Part shown: positions 1 through 6,623 of the stretch, piece by piece | How positions within the stretch are numbered: position 1 is the first letter of the stretch | How the letters are laid out: each line of letters starts with the position of its first letter | IMG/VR virus record: IMGVR_UViG_3300031857_000009 | Source: a virus | Taxonomy: Duplodnaviria; Heunggongvirae; Uroviricota; Caudoviricetes | Strand: one strand, 5' to 3' | DNA length: 16,271 bases | Made by a program: the position numbers and the translations under genes | Notes under the pieces: model-generated | What the model saw: the letters and a program-made list of their open reading frames with translations, nothing else | What the model was told of the DNA's origin: nothing | Databases searched by the model: none

Positions 1-53
1 TGGCGAGTTTGTTGCAAATGCGCCGACACGGACTAAAACCGCCAATCTAATTT
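1..53. repeat. TTGGC/GCCAA inverted box pair (left arm cut by window edge)
   Basis: TGGCG at 1-5 and CGCCAATCTAATTT at 40-53; separation would be 41 bp like other pairs if the base before position 1 is T. Confidence 0.55.
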
Positions 54-230
54 CCCTCATGCGCAATTGCTCGAAGGAGAAGTTGCTAAATGCTTTAGGT
101 GTTGCTAAAACCGCCAATCTAATTTCCCTCATGCGCAATTGCTCGAAGGAGAAGTTGCTAAATGCTTTAGGTGTTGCTAAAACCGCCAATCTAATTTCCA
201 ACCATGCGCTGTTGCTCGAAGGAGAAGTTG
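33..230. repeat. 72-bp tandem repeat, about 2.7 copies
   Basis: Unit CTAAAACCGCCAATCTAATTTCC...TTTAGGTGTTG starts at 33, 105 and 177; the first two copies are identical and the third diverges and ends near 230. Confidence 0.95.
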
Positions 231-268
231 TTGGTGTTATCAAGTTGGCAAAATAGATATAAAAAAAT

Positions 269-299
269 GTTGTTTATATTGAAACTTATATTATATTTG
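269..299 (+). promoter_or_regulatory. Bacteroidota-type promoter
   Basis: GTTG-N19-TATATTTG. Confidence 0.8.
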
Positions 300-328
300 T
301 ATCGTTAAACCAAACAAAAGAAACAATT

Positions 329-535
329 ATGAAAAAGTTATTTCCTTACATCGCAATCATCGGGTTCATTGTTTACTCAATGTGGGTATCATTAACTTGG
401 GATATTCCCGTAGACAATCAAATGGGTATGTTCTTATTTTCTTGTATGGGTATTGGTATGTTCTTTATCATTTTGTTTGAGGACATCAAAAATTACATCA
501 AGAGTAAAAAGAAACCACAACCTCAAAGGTTCTAA
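329..535 (+). CDS. small membrane protein, 68 aa, two hydrophobic segments
   Basis: ORF after promoter and A-rich leader, followed by terminator; two hydrophobic stretches and a basic tail. Confidence 0.85.
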   Translation: MKKLFPYIAIIGFIVYSMWVSLTWDIPVDNQMGMFLFSCMGIGMFFIILFEDIKNYIKSKKKPQPQRF

Positions 536-554
536 AAATTCCAAAATGGTAATT

Positions 555-582
555 AACCCTCAACGAAAGTTGGGGGTTTTTT
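555..582 (+). terminator. intrinsic terminator
   Basis: AACCCTCAAC-GAAA-GTTGGGGGTT plus T tract. Confidence 0.9.
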
Positions 583-620
583 ATTTACACGAGGTTCTGT
601 GGTGGATTTGAGCAGCGTAG

Positions 621-681
621 AAAATTGTTTGGCGGGGTATTACACATTGGTATTATCGTATTACGCTCGCCAACCAAAAAT
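621..681. repeat. TTGGC/GCCAA inverted box pair
   Basis: AAAATTGTTTGGCG ... CGCCAACCAAAAAT; interior has GTATTAC copies. Confidence 0.85.
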
Positions 682-744
682 CAAAATCCGTCTTCTGTCC
701 CTCGACATCTTGTATCGTAAGTTGGCAAAAAAAATATAAATTTA

Positions 745-776
745 TTTGGAATATCCGTTTAATCATATTATATTCG
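745..776 (+). promoter_or_regulatory. Bacteroidota-type promoter
   Basis: TTTG-N20-TATATTCG. Confidence 0.75.
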
Positions 777-805
777 TATTGTTAAACCAAATAAAAAGAA
801 CAAGT

Positions 806-1210
806 ATGAACAATTACAAAGACATTGAAGAAATCAGAGATTTTATTCAAGGAATGACACACTCCGCAAAAGTGAGTACCGAAGAAATGTTGGGAACAAA
901 CGATAGTGTACCCAATGTAAAAATGTACCTTTTGAAAAAAGTAAACGAAGAAGGGGAAACCGAGTATGGTGTTGGTGGTGGACCAGTACCAAACGACCCA
1001 ATCGGTAGAATGGTGTACGACCGAGTTGTTCCACAAATCATTGAAAGGGATGGACACGAAATTTTGTGTAGTGTTGAAACAACCTTTGACAAGGGCGTTT
1101 TGAATGTTGAGTTCCACAATTTTGTAACCGATGAAAAACATCAAGAGGTTTTTGATTTTTATAAACCTTACCAAGTTTCCGACCTTATGAAAAATCTTTG
1201 TTTAAATTGA
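806..1210 (+). CDS. hypothetical protein, 134 aa
   Basis: Start moved from 746 to ATG 806 because the upstream part of the ORF is the promoter; terminator follows. Confidence 0.85.
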   Translation: MNNYKDIEEIRDFIQGMTHSAKVSTEEMLGTNDSVPNVKMYLLKKVNEEGETEYGVGGGPVPNDPIGRMVYDRVVPQIIERDGHEILCSVETTFDKGVLNVEFHNFVTDEKHQEVFDFYKPYQVSDLMKNLCLN

Positions 1211-1232
1211 ATTTAGTTTGTTGGTTCAGACT

Positions 1233-1262
1233 AACCCTCATCAGTAATGGTGGGGGTTTTTT
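1233..1262 (+). terminator. intrinsic terminator
   Basis: AACCCTCATCA-GTAA-TGGTGGGGGTT plus T tract. Confidence 0.9.
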
Positions 1263-1292
1263 ATTTGTTTCCCTTATTGATAAGGTGAACAT

Positions 1293-1318
1293 TTCAGGAC
1301 TTGAGTCAGGGCCCTGAA
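1293..1318. repeat. TGAGTCA spacer element
   Basis: TTCAGG-ACT-TGAGTCA-GGGC-CCTGAA; related copies at 2793, 3158, 11095. Confidence 0.7.
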
Positions 1319-1320
1319 GG

Positions 1321-1383
1321 AAAATTGTTTGGCGCCGTATGACAAATAGTGAGTATCGTATTACACCTACGCCAACCAATTTT
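1321..1383. repeat. TTGGC/GCCAA inverted box pair
   Basis: AAAATTGTTTGGCG ... CGCCAACCAATTTT; interior GTATGACA and GTATTACAC. Confidence 0.9.
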
Positions 1384-1421
1384 TGGATACGGACGACGGT
1401 TCTGAGAAAAATAAAAATAAA

Positions 1422-1453
1422 TTTGGTATATAAGAAAAATAGTTTTATATTTG
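1422..1453 (+). promoter_or_regulatory. Bacteroidota-type promoter
   Basis: TTTG-N20-TATATTTG. Confidence 0.85.
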
Positions 1454-1478
1454 TATAGTTAAACCAATAGACAAAATC

Positions 1479-1694
1479 ATGAAAGTTATCTCATCTCGTA
1501 TTACGGAACAACCAAAGAGTTTGTTCGACCCGATGCCCCAAGTGTGGGTTACAATGGAAAATGGACAAGAAGAATTTTTGTTCGACTACTATCCCGATGA
1601 AATCAGTTTCACTCCCAACGAATTTGTGGGATTGACTATTGAGGAATGTAGACACCTCAAATTTGTCAAAGACAAGAAATACCTGACCTCCTGA
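1479..1694 (+). CDS. conserved hypothetical protein, 71 aa (FDPMP / YYPDEISF motifs)
   Basis: ORF after promoter; motifs resemble a small uncharacterised family (from memory). Confidence 0.85.
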   Translation: MKVISSRITEQPKSLFDPMPQVWVTMENGQEEFLFDYYPDEISFTPNEFVGLTIEECRHLKFVKDKKYLTS

Positions 1695-1728
1695 CGGGAG
1701 ATGTTGGAATTTGATTGGCAAAAAAAGA

Positions 1729-1760
1729 TTTGGAATATAAAAGAAATAGTATTATATTTG
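1729..1760 (+). promoter_or_regulatory. Bacteroidota-type promoter
   Basis: TTTG-N20-TATATTTG. Confidence 0.85.
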
Positions 1761-1789
1761 TATCGTTAAACCAATAAAACAAAAAAGAA

Positions 1790-2164
1790 ATGTCAAGAGG
1801 AATTTTAATCGACGTAGAAAACAAAACAATTTCCGAAGTTGAAGTTGTTCGTGATGAAACTGGTAGTCAGTTACCAAGTATCTATGGACACTTAAAGTGT
1901 TCTATTTTTGAGATTGTTAGTTACAACAACGAAAACGATGTGTATGTTGATGAAGAAGGTATAATGAGTGTTGATGAAAACACAAAGTTTTTCAAGTTGA
2001 AAAATTACCGACAACCTCTATCGGGTAATGGGTTGATAATGGGTTACGATGATGAAACGGGTGAAAATGGTGATACCAAACTTTCACTTGAAGAAGTCAA
2101 AGAACAAGTAACATTTATGTCCGCGTTTGACGTGGCGTTAAAAGAAAGGTTTGGTTCATATTAG
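1790..2164 (+). CDS. DUF3846-like protein, 124 aa
   Basis: CxxFEIV...YVDEEG...PLxGNGLIxGxDxExG pattern resembles DUF3846; the CDS itself is certain, the family is tentative. Confidence 0.7.
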   Translation: MSRGILIDVENKTISEVEVVRDETGSQLPSIYGHLKCSIFEIVSYNNENDVYVDEEGIMSVDENTKFFKLKNYRQPLSGNGLIMGYDDETGENGDTKLSLEEVKEQVTFMSAFDVALKERFGSY

Positions 2165-2183
2165 GTTTGGTTTAGTTAGGTGG

Positions 2184-2215
2184 AAAGTCCTCGGCGAAAG
2201 TCGGGGATTTTTTTT
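2184..2215 (+). terminator. intrinsic terminator
   Basis: AGTCCTCGGC-GAAA-GTCGGGGATT plus T tract; same hairpin at 4977. Confidence 0.9.
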
Positions 2216-2253
2216 GCTCGGATGTGTGCAGTGGAGCTGCACAGTTGCAGCTC
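2216..2253. repeat. GAGCTGCACAG spacer element
   Basis: GCTCGGATGTGTGCAGTGGAGCTGCACAGTT, near-identical to 14099-14130; contains 8-bp stem GAGCTGCA/TGCAGCTC. Confidence 0.7.
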
Positions 2254-2255
2254 GG

Positions 2256-2316
2256 AATTTTGGTTGGCGTTGTATGACACTATCATACATTGTATTACAC
2301 CTACGCCAAACAATTT
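2256..2316. repeat. TTGGC/GCCAA inverted box pair (arm variants swapped)
   Basis: AATTTTGGTTGGCG ... CGCCAAACAATTT; interior GTATGACAC and GTATTACAC. Confidence 0.9.
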
Positions 2317-2390
2317 TTCGGATTTGACGACAGGTGGTCATCTGTTTCGTGGTAGTTTGGCAAAATAGATAAAAAAAAATATACTCAAAT

Positions 2391-2421
2391 GTTGTGTATA
2401 TTAAAATTTGATTTATATTTG
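2391..2421 (+). promoter_or_regulatory. Bacteroidota-type promoter
   Basis: GTTG-N19-TATATTTG; closely similar to the 269-299 promoter region. Confidence 0.8.
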
Positions 2422-2453
2422 TATTGTTAAACCAATAAAACAAAAAAAACAAA

Positions 2454-2756
2454 ATGGAAAAGTACATTGATTTCTCTATCGACTACGATGGTAATTGTGA
2501 ATGTGTTGATGATTTCCTCGTTAATAACGAAGAAGTAACTATTGACGATTCGGATGTTCAACCTCTAATTGAGAAGTTGGAACAACTTGAAGGGTTTTTT
2601 ATTTCCGACCACCGAACCCAAGTCCGTATTTGGTGGAACGAAGATGGAACTATGGATGTCCGTTTTCGTTATTTCAATGAACCCGATTGGGGGGAATTTG
2701 ATGATTACGAACTATTGGGTATCCCACAAATTGAGTTTGAACCCGAAGTTTTTTAA
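2454..2756 (+). CDS. acidic hypothetical protein, 100 aa
   Basis: ORF between promoter and terminator; very Asp/Glu-rich. Confidence 0.85.
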   Translation: MEKYIDFSIDYDGNCECVDDFLVNNEEVTIDDSDVQPLIEKLEQLEGFFISDHRTQVRIWWNEDGTMDVRFRYFNEPDWGEFDDYELLGIPQIEFEPEVF

Positions 2757-2761
2757 CAACG

Positions 2762-2790
2762 AACCCTCACCGAAAGGTGGGGGTTTTTTT
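2762..2790 (+). terminator. intrinsic terminator
   Basis: AACCCTCACC-GAAA-GGTGGGGGTT plus T tract. Confidence 0.9.
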
Positions 2791-2792
2791 AT

Positions 2793-2821
2793 GACCTGAA
2801 GAACTTGAGTCACGGTTCAGG
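2793..2821. repeat. TGAGTCA spacer element
   Basis: GACCTGAA-GAACT-TGAGTCA-CGG-TTCAGG. Confidence 0.75.
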
Positions 2822-2855
2822 GTGAAAATTGGTTGGCAAGAAAGATATAAAAAAA

Positions 2856-2887
2856 TTTGGATTATACGAAAAAATGTTTTATCTTTG
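2856..2887 (+). promoter_or_regulatory. Bacteroidota-type promoter
   Basis: TTTG-N20-TATCTTTG. Confidence 0.85.
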
Positions 2888-2909
2888 TGTTTCACCAAAA
2901 CTAATTAAA

Positions 2910-3122
2910 ATGACAAGACAAGAAGTTGTTGGTTTAATTTACCAACATATTCAAACCGAAAACGAAATGGGTTTACCACCGAATAGAAGTTGGGAAGGAA
3001 TTTTTGAAGGTGATAATGATTGGGTAGATGAATGTATTAAGAGTGGATATACACTATTTCAATTACAGAATGAATTGTTCAACGAAGCGATTCAAATTTT
3101 TCGGGATAGTGAAGAAGAGTAA
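2910..3122 (+). CDS. hypothetical protein, 70 aa
   Basis: Start moved from 2829 to ATG 2910 (downstream of promoter); terminator follows. Confidence 0.85.
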   Translation: MTRQEVVGLIYQHIQTENEMGLPPNRSWEGIFEGDNDWVDECIKSGYTLFQLQNELFNEAIQIFRDSEEE

Positions 3123-3129
3123 AGACAAG

Positions 3130-3155
3130 ACCTCAACGAAAGTTGGGGTTTTTTT
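3130..3155 (+). terminator. intrinsic terminator
   Basis: ACCTCAAC-GAAA-GTTGGGGT plus T tract. Confidence 0.9.
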
Positions 3156-3157
3156 AT

Positions 3158-3185
3158 GACCTGAAGTCCTGAGTCACGGTTCAGG
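3158..3185. repeat. TGAGTCA spacer element
   Basis: GACCTGAA-GTCC-TGAGTCA-CGG-TTCAGG. Confidence 0.75.
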
Positions 3186-3188
3186 GTG

Positions 3189-3263
3189 AAAATTGTTTGG
3201 CATCCACTTTACAGATTAGTAGGTTTTTACTTTACAGATTGTAAGAACGCCAACCAAAATTTT
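3189..3263. repeat. TTGGC/GCCAA inverted box pair
   Basis: AAAATTGTTTGGC ... GCCAACCAAAATTTT; interior has direct repeat ACTTTACAGATT at 3206 and 3229. Confidence 0.85.
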
Positions 3264-3339
3264 CCCGACGCAGCGGTTCTGAGATGTTACCGAATGGTAA
3301 GTTACTATTTGGTTAGTTGGCAAGAAAAATAAAAATAAA

Positions 3340-3371
3340 TTTGGTAGAATAAAAAACTCGTTATATCTTTG
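3340..3371 (+). promoter_or_regulatory. Bacteroidota-type promoter
   Basis: TTTG-N20-TATCTTTG. Confidence 0.85.
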
Positions 3372-3392
3372 TATCATAAAATCGACAAAATA

Positions 3393-3941
3393 ATGAAAAC
3401 ACTTGTAATTCATCCAAAAGACAAATCGACACAATTTTTAGATATTGTGTACGAACCTATACCGAATAAGACAATTATCACGGGTGGGGTAACAAAAGAA
3501 GAAGTTAGAAAACTTATCGACGCCCACGACAGAGTAATAATGTGTGGACACGGAGCACCTATGGGATTGTTCTCGGTTGGACAATTTCCTGGTTCAAATG
3601 GTTTCATCATTGATGAAAGTATGGTGTACCTATTAAAAGAAAAAGACAATTCAATTTTTATTTGGTGTAACGCGGACAAATTCGTTAATCACTTTAAGTT
3701 GAAAGGTTTTTATTCGGGAATGTTTATTTCCGAAGTAGGGGAAGCGTACTATTGTGGTTTACCTGGTACCGAACAAGAAGTAGTTGATGAAAGTAACTAT
3801 GGTTTTTGTGAACTTTTATCGGAGTGTATTAACGAACCACAAGATAGAATGTACGAAATCATTAAAAAGGAATATGGTAAGATTGCGGAAGAAAACCCAG
3901 TCGCACTATACAACCACAACCGCCTGTACTTGTCGATTTAA
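3393..3941 (+). CDS. hypothetical protein, 182 aa; possible His-Cys (clan CD-like) peptidase fold
   Basis: ATG 3393 after promoter; VIMCGHG and IFIWC motifs; function is inference only. Confidence 0.8.
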   Translation: MKTLVIHPKDKSTQFLDIVYEPIPNKTIITGGVTKEEVRKLIDAHDRVIMCGHGAPMGLFSVGQFPGSNGFIIDESMVYLLKEKDNSIFIWCNADKFVNHFKLKGFYSGMFISEVGEAYYCGLPGTEQEVVDESNYGFCELLSECINEPQDRMYEIIKKEYGKIAEENPVALYNHNRLYLSI

Positions 3942-3964
3942 TTGGTTTAACTCGGTTGCGGTGG

Positions 3965-3994
3965 AAAAGGGTAGCAGAAATGTTACCCTTTTTT
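3965..3994 (+). terminator. intrinsic terminator
   Basis: AAAAGGGTAGCA-GAAA-TGTTACCCTTTTTT. Confidence 0.9.
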
Positions 3995-4034
3995 GTTGCG
4001 TTTTAGTTTCACCTCACAGCACGTGCTGTATCCT

Positions 4035-4134
4035 AAATTTGGTTGGCACTGTATGACACTCAATAAAGGCGTATTACACTATATGTTTTGTTTAATCTTT
4101 CGGTCAAAACATTAAACAACACGCCAAACAATTT
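4035..4134. repeat. TTGGC/GCCAA inverted box pair, long form (arm variants swapped)
   Basis: AAATTTGGTTGGC ... GCCAAACAATTT; interior GTATGACAC, GTATTACAC and an AT-rich insert; preceded by perfect palindrome ACAGCACGTGCTGT (4016-4029). Confidence 0.85.
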
Positions 4135-4165
4135 GTGGGATGGAGACGACAGGTATGAAAAAAAA

Positions 4166-4197
4166 TTTGGATTATACTGAATATAGTTTTATATTTG
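4166..4197 (+). promoter_or_regulatory. Bacteroidota-type promoter
   Basis: TTTG-N20-TATATTTG. Confidence 0.85.
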
Positions 4198-4217
4198 TAT
4201 CGTAATACATAATTACT

Positions 4218-4379
4218 ATGAGTAAGAAATCAATCCCAACGGAAATCAAAGTCGGTGTTTACTATTACATTGATGATGAAACTAAACAACCAATCTTTGA
4301 TACCGATGAAATGAGAAATGAGTTTGAACAAAAACTTAAAGAAATAGAAGATGAAACCGAATTTAACTATGAAGAATGA
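4218..4379 (+). CDS. small acidic protein, 53 aa (not in ORF track)
   Basis: Hand translation MSKKSIPTEIKVGVYYYIDDETKQPIFDTDEMRNEFEQKLKEIEDETEFNYEE; directly follows promoter 4166-4197. Confidence 0.8.
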   Translation: MSKKSIPTEIKVGVYYYIDDETKQPIFDTDEMRNEFEQKLKEIEDETEFNYEE

Positions 4380-4509
4380 AACCCTTAATGGATTAAGTGT
4401 GAGACACGTCGCACAAATAGTCCGTAGGAAAATGTTACAGAAGTCGAAACCTTCGGCGAAGGCGTACAGACGAATAAAGTTTGGCAAAAAAGATTTGGTA
4501 AACGAATAA
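4369..4509 (+). CDS. small basic protein, 46 aa (not in ORF track)
   Basis: Hand translation MKNETLNGLSVRHVAQIVRRKMLQKSKPSAKAYRRIKFGKKDLVNE; start overlaps end of previous ORF by 11 nt. Confidence 0.65.
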   Translation: MKNETLNGLSVRHVAQIVRRKMLQKSKPSAKAYRRIKFGKKDLVNE

Positions 4510-4525
4510 AATTGTTATATATTTG
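4494..4525 (+). promoter_or_regulatory. Bacteroidota-type promoter
   Basis: TTTG-N20-TATATTTG. Confidence 0.85.
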
Positions 4526-4550
4526 TATAAACCAATAAATAATAACGACT

Positions 4551-4958
4551 ATGTATCAAGATTTTGACAACCCACGGAGTTGGGACAACCTCGGAAAAAT
4601 GGTGTGTTTTCACGGACGTTACGACCTTGGAGACAAACACGACTACAACCACAATAACTACAATGGTTGGGAAGAAATGAAAAACGCAATCATCAAAGAA
4701 GAAGATGTTTGTGTTATCTTACCTCTTTACTTGTACGACCACTCGGGAATTACAATGAACACAAGTCCGTTCAGTTGTCGTTGGGATAGTGGACAAGTTG
4801 GTTGGTACTTTGTTTCAAAGAAGAAAGTCCGTGAAGAATATGGAGTAAAGAAAATTACCCAAAGTCTTATTGACAAAGTAACCGAAGTGTTGGAGGGTGA
4901 AGTAAAAACTTACGACATGTACCTCACGGGTGAATTGTACGCAGAAGAATACGAATAG
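4551..4958 (+). CDS. conserved phage/mobile-element hypothetical protein, 135 aa (YDHSG / WDSGQVG motifs)
   Basis: ORF between promoter and terminator; motifs recalled from an uncharacterised family. Confidence 0.85.
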   Translation: MYQDFDNPRSWDNLGKMVCFHGRYDLGDKHDYNHNNYNGWEEMKNAIIKEEDVCVILPLYLYDHSGITMNTSPFSCRWDSGQVGWYFVSKKKVREEYGVKKITQSLIDKVTEVLEGEVKTYDMYLTGELYAEEYE

Positions 4959-4976
4959 ATTTTGTTTGGTTAGGTG

Positions 4977-5010
4977 AAAAGTCCTCGGCGAAAGTCGGGG
5001 ATTTTTTTTT
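4977..5010 (+). terminator. intrinsic terminator
   Basis: AGTCCTCGGC-GAAA-GTCGGGGATT plus T tract. Confidence 0.9.
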
Positions 5011-5044
5011 ATACCAGAATTCGCCCAGCCCACGCCTGGTGGGG

Positions 5045-5104
5045 ATTTTGTTTGGCGGATAACCTATTATATTTAAGTGTTTTATGTGGTCAGCCAACCA
5101 AAAT
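5045..5104. repeat. TTGGC/GCCAA inverted box pair
   Basis: ATTTTGTTTGGC ... GCCAACCAAAAT with a unique interior. Confidence 0.85.
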
Positions 5105-5158
5105 TTTTACGACGCCGGGTGAAACAGTAGATGGTGTTATTGGATATTTTAAAATAAA

Positions 5159-5189
5159 TTTGGATATCATAAAATGAATTGTATATTTG
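5159..5189 (+). promoter_or_regulatory. Bacteroidota-type promoter
   Basis: TTTG-N19-TATATTTG; near-identical to 5523-5553. Confidence 0.85.
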
Positions 5190-5193
5190 TATT

Positions 5194-5499
5194 ATGAAAA
5201 ACTATAACGACATATCATTGAATACCGATGAGGAAGTAATGAACTACCTAAAAAAATCGGAAAAAGAAGGTAAAGTGTGTGACATCATTGAAACTGAAAA
5301 TTATATTTCGGTTGATGTTGAATGGGCATACAACTTTGAAGGTCACAAAGTGGAGAGGAGAAAATTTATCTATCTTCTTACTCGTTCTAACTTTCAATTT
5401 AACAAAACAATATCGCGTTATGTTAGAGAAAAAGACGAAATAAGATTCAGAAGAATTGAAAAAGAGTTCAAACGAATATTCAGATTGACATCAATTTGA
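5194..5499 (+). CDS. hypothetical protein, 101 aa
   Basis: First ATG downstream of promoter is 5194; start uncertain (could be a later Met). Confidence 0.75.
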   Translation: MKNYNDISLNTDEEVMNYLKKSEKEGKVCDIIETENYISVDVEWAYNFEGHKVERRKFIYLLTRSNFQFNKTISRYVREKDEIRFRRIEKEFKRIFRLTSI

Positions 5500-5522
5500 T
5501 TGGCAAAATATCCTAAAAAAAA

Positions 5523-5553
5523 TTTGGATATCATAAAATAAGTTGTATATTTG
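5523..5553 (+). promoter_or_regulatory. Bacteroidota-type promoter
   Basis: TTTG-N19-TATATTTG. Confidence 0.85.
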
Positions 5554-5574
5554 TATTAATAAACTAATACAGAT

Positions 5575-5820
5575 ATGAAAATAAACGAAAAATTAATCGG
5601 AAAAAGAATTCGTCTCGTTTCAATGGAGAACGACCCTAACCCCGTTGAGGAAGGTTCAATGGGAACAATTTATCATGTTGGTCATGGTGTTATCAATGTC
5701 CGTTGGGATAGTGGTAGGACTCTTGGTGTAGTTGAGGGTGAAGATGAATATGAAATCATTGACACTCCCGACACTTATTTACCACCCAACAATTTTCTTG
5801 TCTTTTCGGGAAATATCTGA
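5575..5820 (+). CDS. DUF4314-like protein, 81 aa
   Basis: GxRIRLxxMxNDPxPVxxGxxGTI...VxWDxGRTLxVVxGxD pattern recalled for DUF4314. Confidence 0.75.
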   Translation: MKINEKLIGKRIRLVSMENDPNPVEEGSMGTIYHVGHGVINVRWDSGRTLGVVEGEDEYEIIDTPDTYLPPNNFLVFSGNI

Positions 5821-5857
5821 GGAGATGGTGAACCGCCGATTTTGATTGGCACAATCG

Positions 5858-5890
5858 TTTGTATATTCCAAAAATTCATTTGTATATTTG
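5858..5890 (+). promoter_or_regulatory. Bacteroidota-type promoter
   Basis: TTTG-N21-TATATTTG. Confidence 0.8.
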
Positions 5891-5913
5891 TCCAATAATT
5901 AAAAAAACAAAAA

Positions 5914-6273
5914 ATGTTAATTAAACTCACTTATCAAGGTAAAGGAACCCCAACACTTGTCAATCTACAAAATGTCAAAAACATTTTTAGTATCTTGGAT
6001 AAAAGAAACGACAAGATAGCAACGAAGATTGAATACATAGATGGTACATATGTCAATGTTGAAGAAGACATTAAAACCATTTATGAAATTCAGTGGAAGA
6101 TGATGAATGGAAGTTGTGATATGGACTTTGAAGTTCCATCGGTTGATGAAATGATTAATAACTCATACTACGAAAATGGTGGTAATGGAGACCGCCATTG
6201 GAATGGTCAACGAACCAACCAACCTCGTAAAAGAGTTTACCGAGACAACTACGATAATCAAAACAATTATTGA
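5914..6273 (+). CDS. hypothetical protein, 119 aa; N-terminus loosely FlbD-like, low-complexity Asn/Gly/Arg C-terminus
   Basis: MLIKLT...LVNxxNVxxI...TKIxYxDGxxVxVxE pattern; family tentative. Confidence 0.75.
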   Translation: MLIKLTYQGKGTPTLVNLQNVKNIFSILDKRNDKIATKIEYIDGTYVNVEEDIKTIYEIQWKMMNGSCDMDFEVPSVDEMINNSYYENGGNGDRHWNGQRTNQPRKRVYRDNYDNQNNY

Positions 6274-6274
6274 T

Positions 6275-6415
6275 ATGTTAAAGGAAATGTTTTCAACTTT
6301 CAAAGAAGTTTACCAAGAAGACCGAAAGGAATTTTGGGATGGAATTTTGGGTGGCATTGTAATACTTATGTTTTTCCTATTGACAATGTTTGTTTTAATT
6401 CCTATATTTGGTTAA
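6275..6415 (+). CDS. small single-pass membrane protein, 46 aa
   Basis: ATG 2 nt after the previous stop (start moved from 6176); long hydrophobic C-terminal segment. Confidence 0.75.
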   Translation: MLKEMFSTFKEVYQEDRKEFWDGILGGIVILMFFLLTMFVLIPIFG

Positions 6416-6466
6416 AGTGTAATACACTTGATTTGTCGTTCATAGATTAGTTTTATTTGGTTAAGG

Positions 6467-6494
6467 AACCCTCACAGAAATGTGGGGGTTTTTT
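6467..6494 (+). terminator. intrinsic terminator
   Basis: AACCCTCACA-GAAA-TGTGGGGGTT plus T tract. Confidence 0.9.
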
Positions 6495-6533
6495 GTTTGC
6501 TAAAAAAATTCGTCGCCGGCAAATCCCGTGTTC

Positions 6534-6573
6534 AATTTAGTTTGGCGGGTGTATGACAGATGCCAACCAATTT
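6534..6573. repeat. TTGGC/GCCAA inverted box pair, short form
   Basis: AATTTAGTTTGGC-GGGTGTATGACAGAT-GCCAACCAATTT. Confidence 0.85.
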
Positions 6574-6623
6574 CTGAGATGGTACGGTGAATTCTGGGGT
6601 CAGAAAAAAAAAATAAAGATTTA

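Noticed and set aside
33-230. Tandem repeat as a CRISPR array
   Set aside because: Units are identical end to end with no unique spacers
59-256. 65-aa ORF with internal repeat
   Set aside because: It is just the translation of the 72-bp tandem repeat, has no promoter or leader, and ends inside the TTGGC box
621-6573. Box pairs as single-stranded (Frpo-like) hairpin promoters
   Set aside because: Folding does not assemble a TTTG-N19-21-TAnnTTTG geometry that I can identify, and normal double-stranded promoters lie immediately downstream
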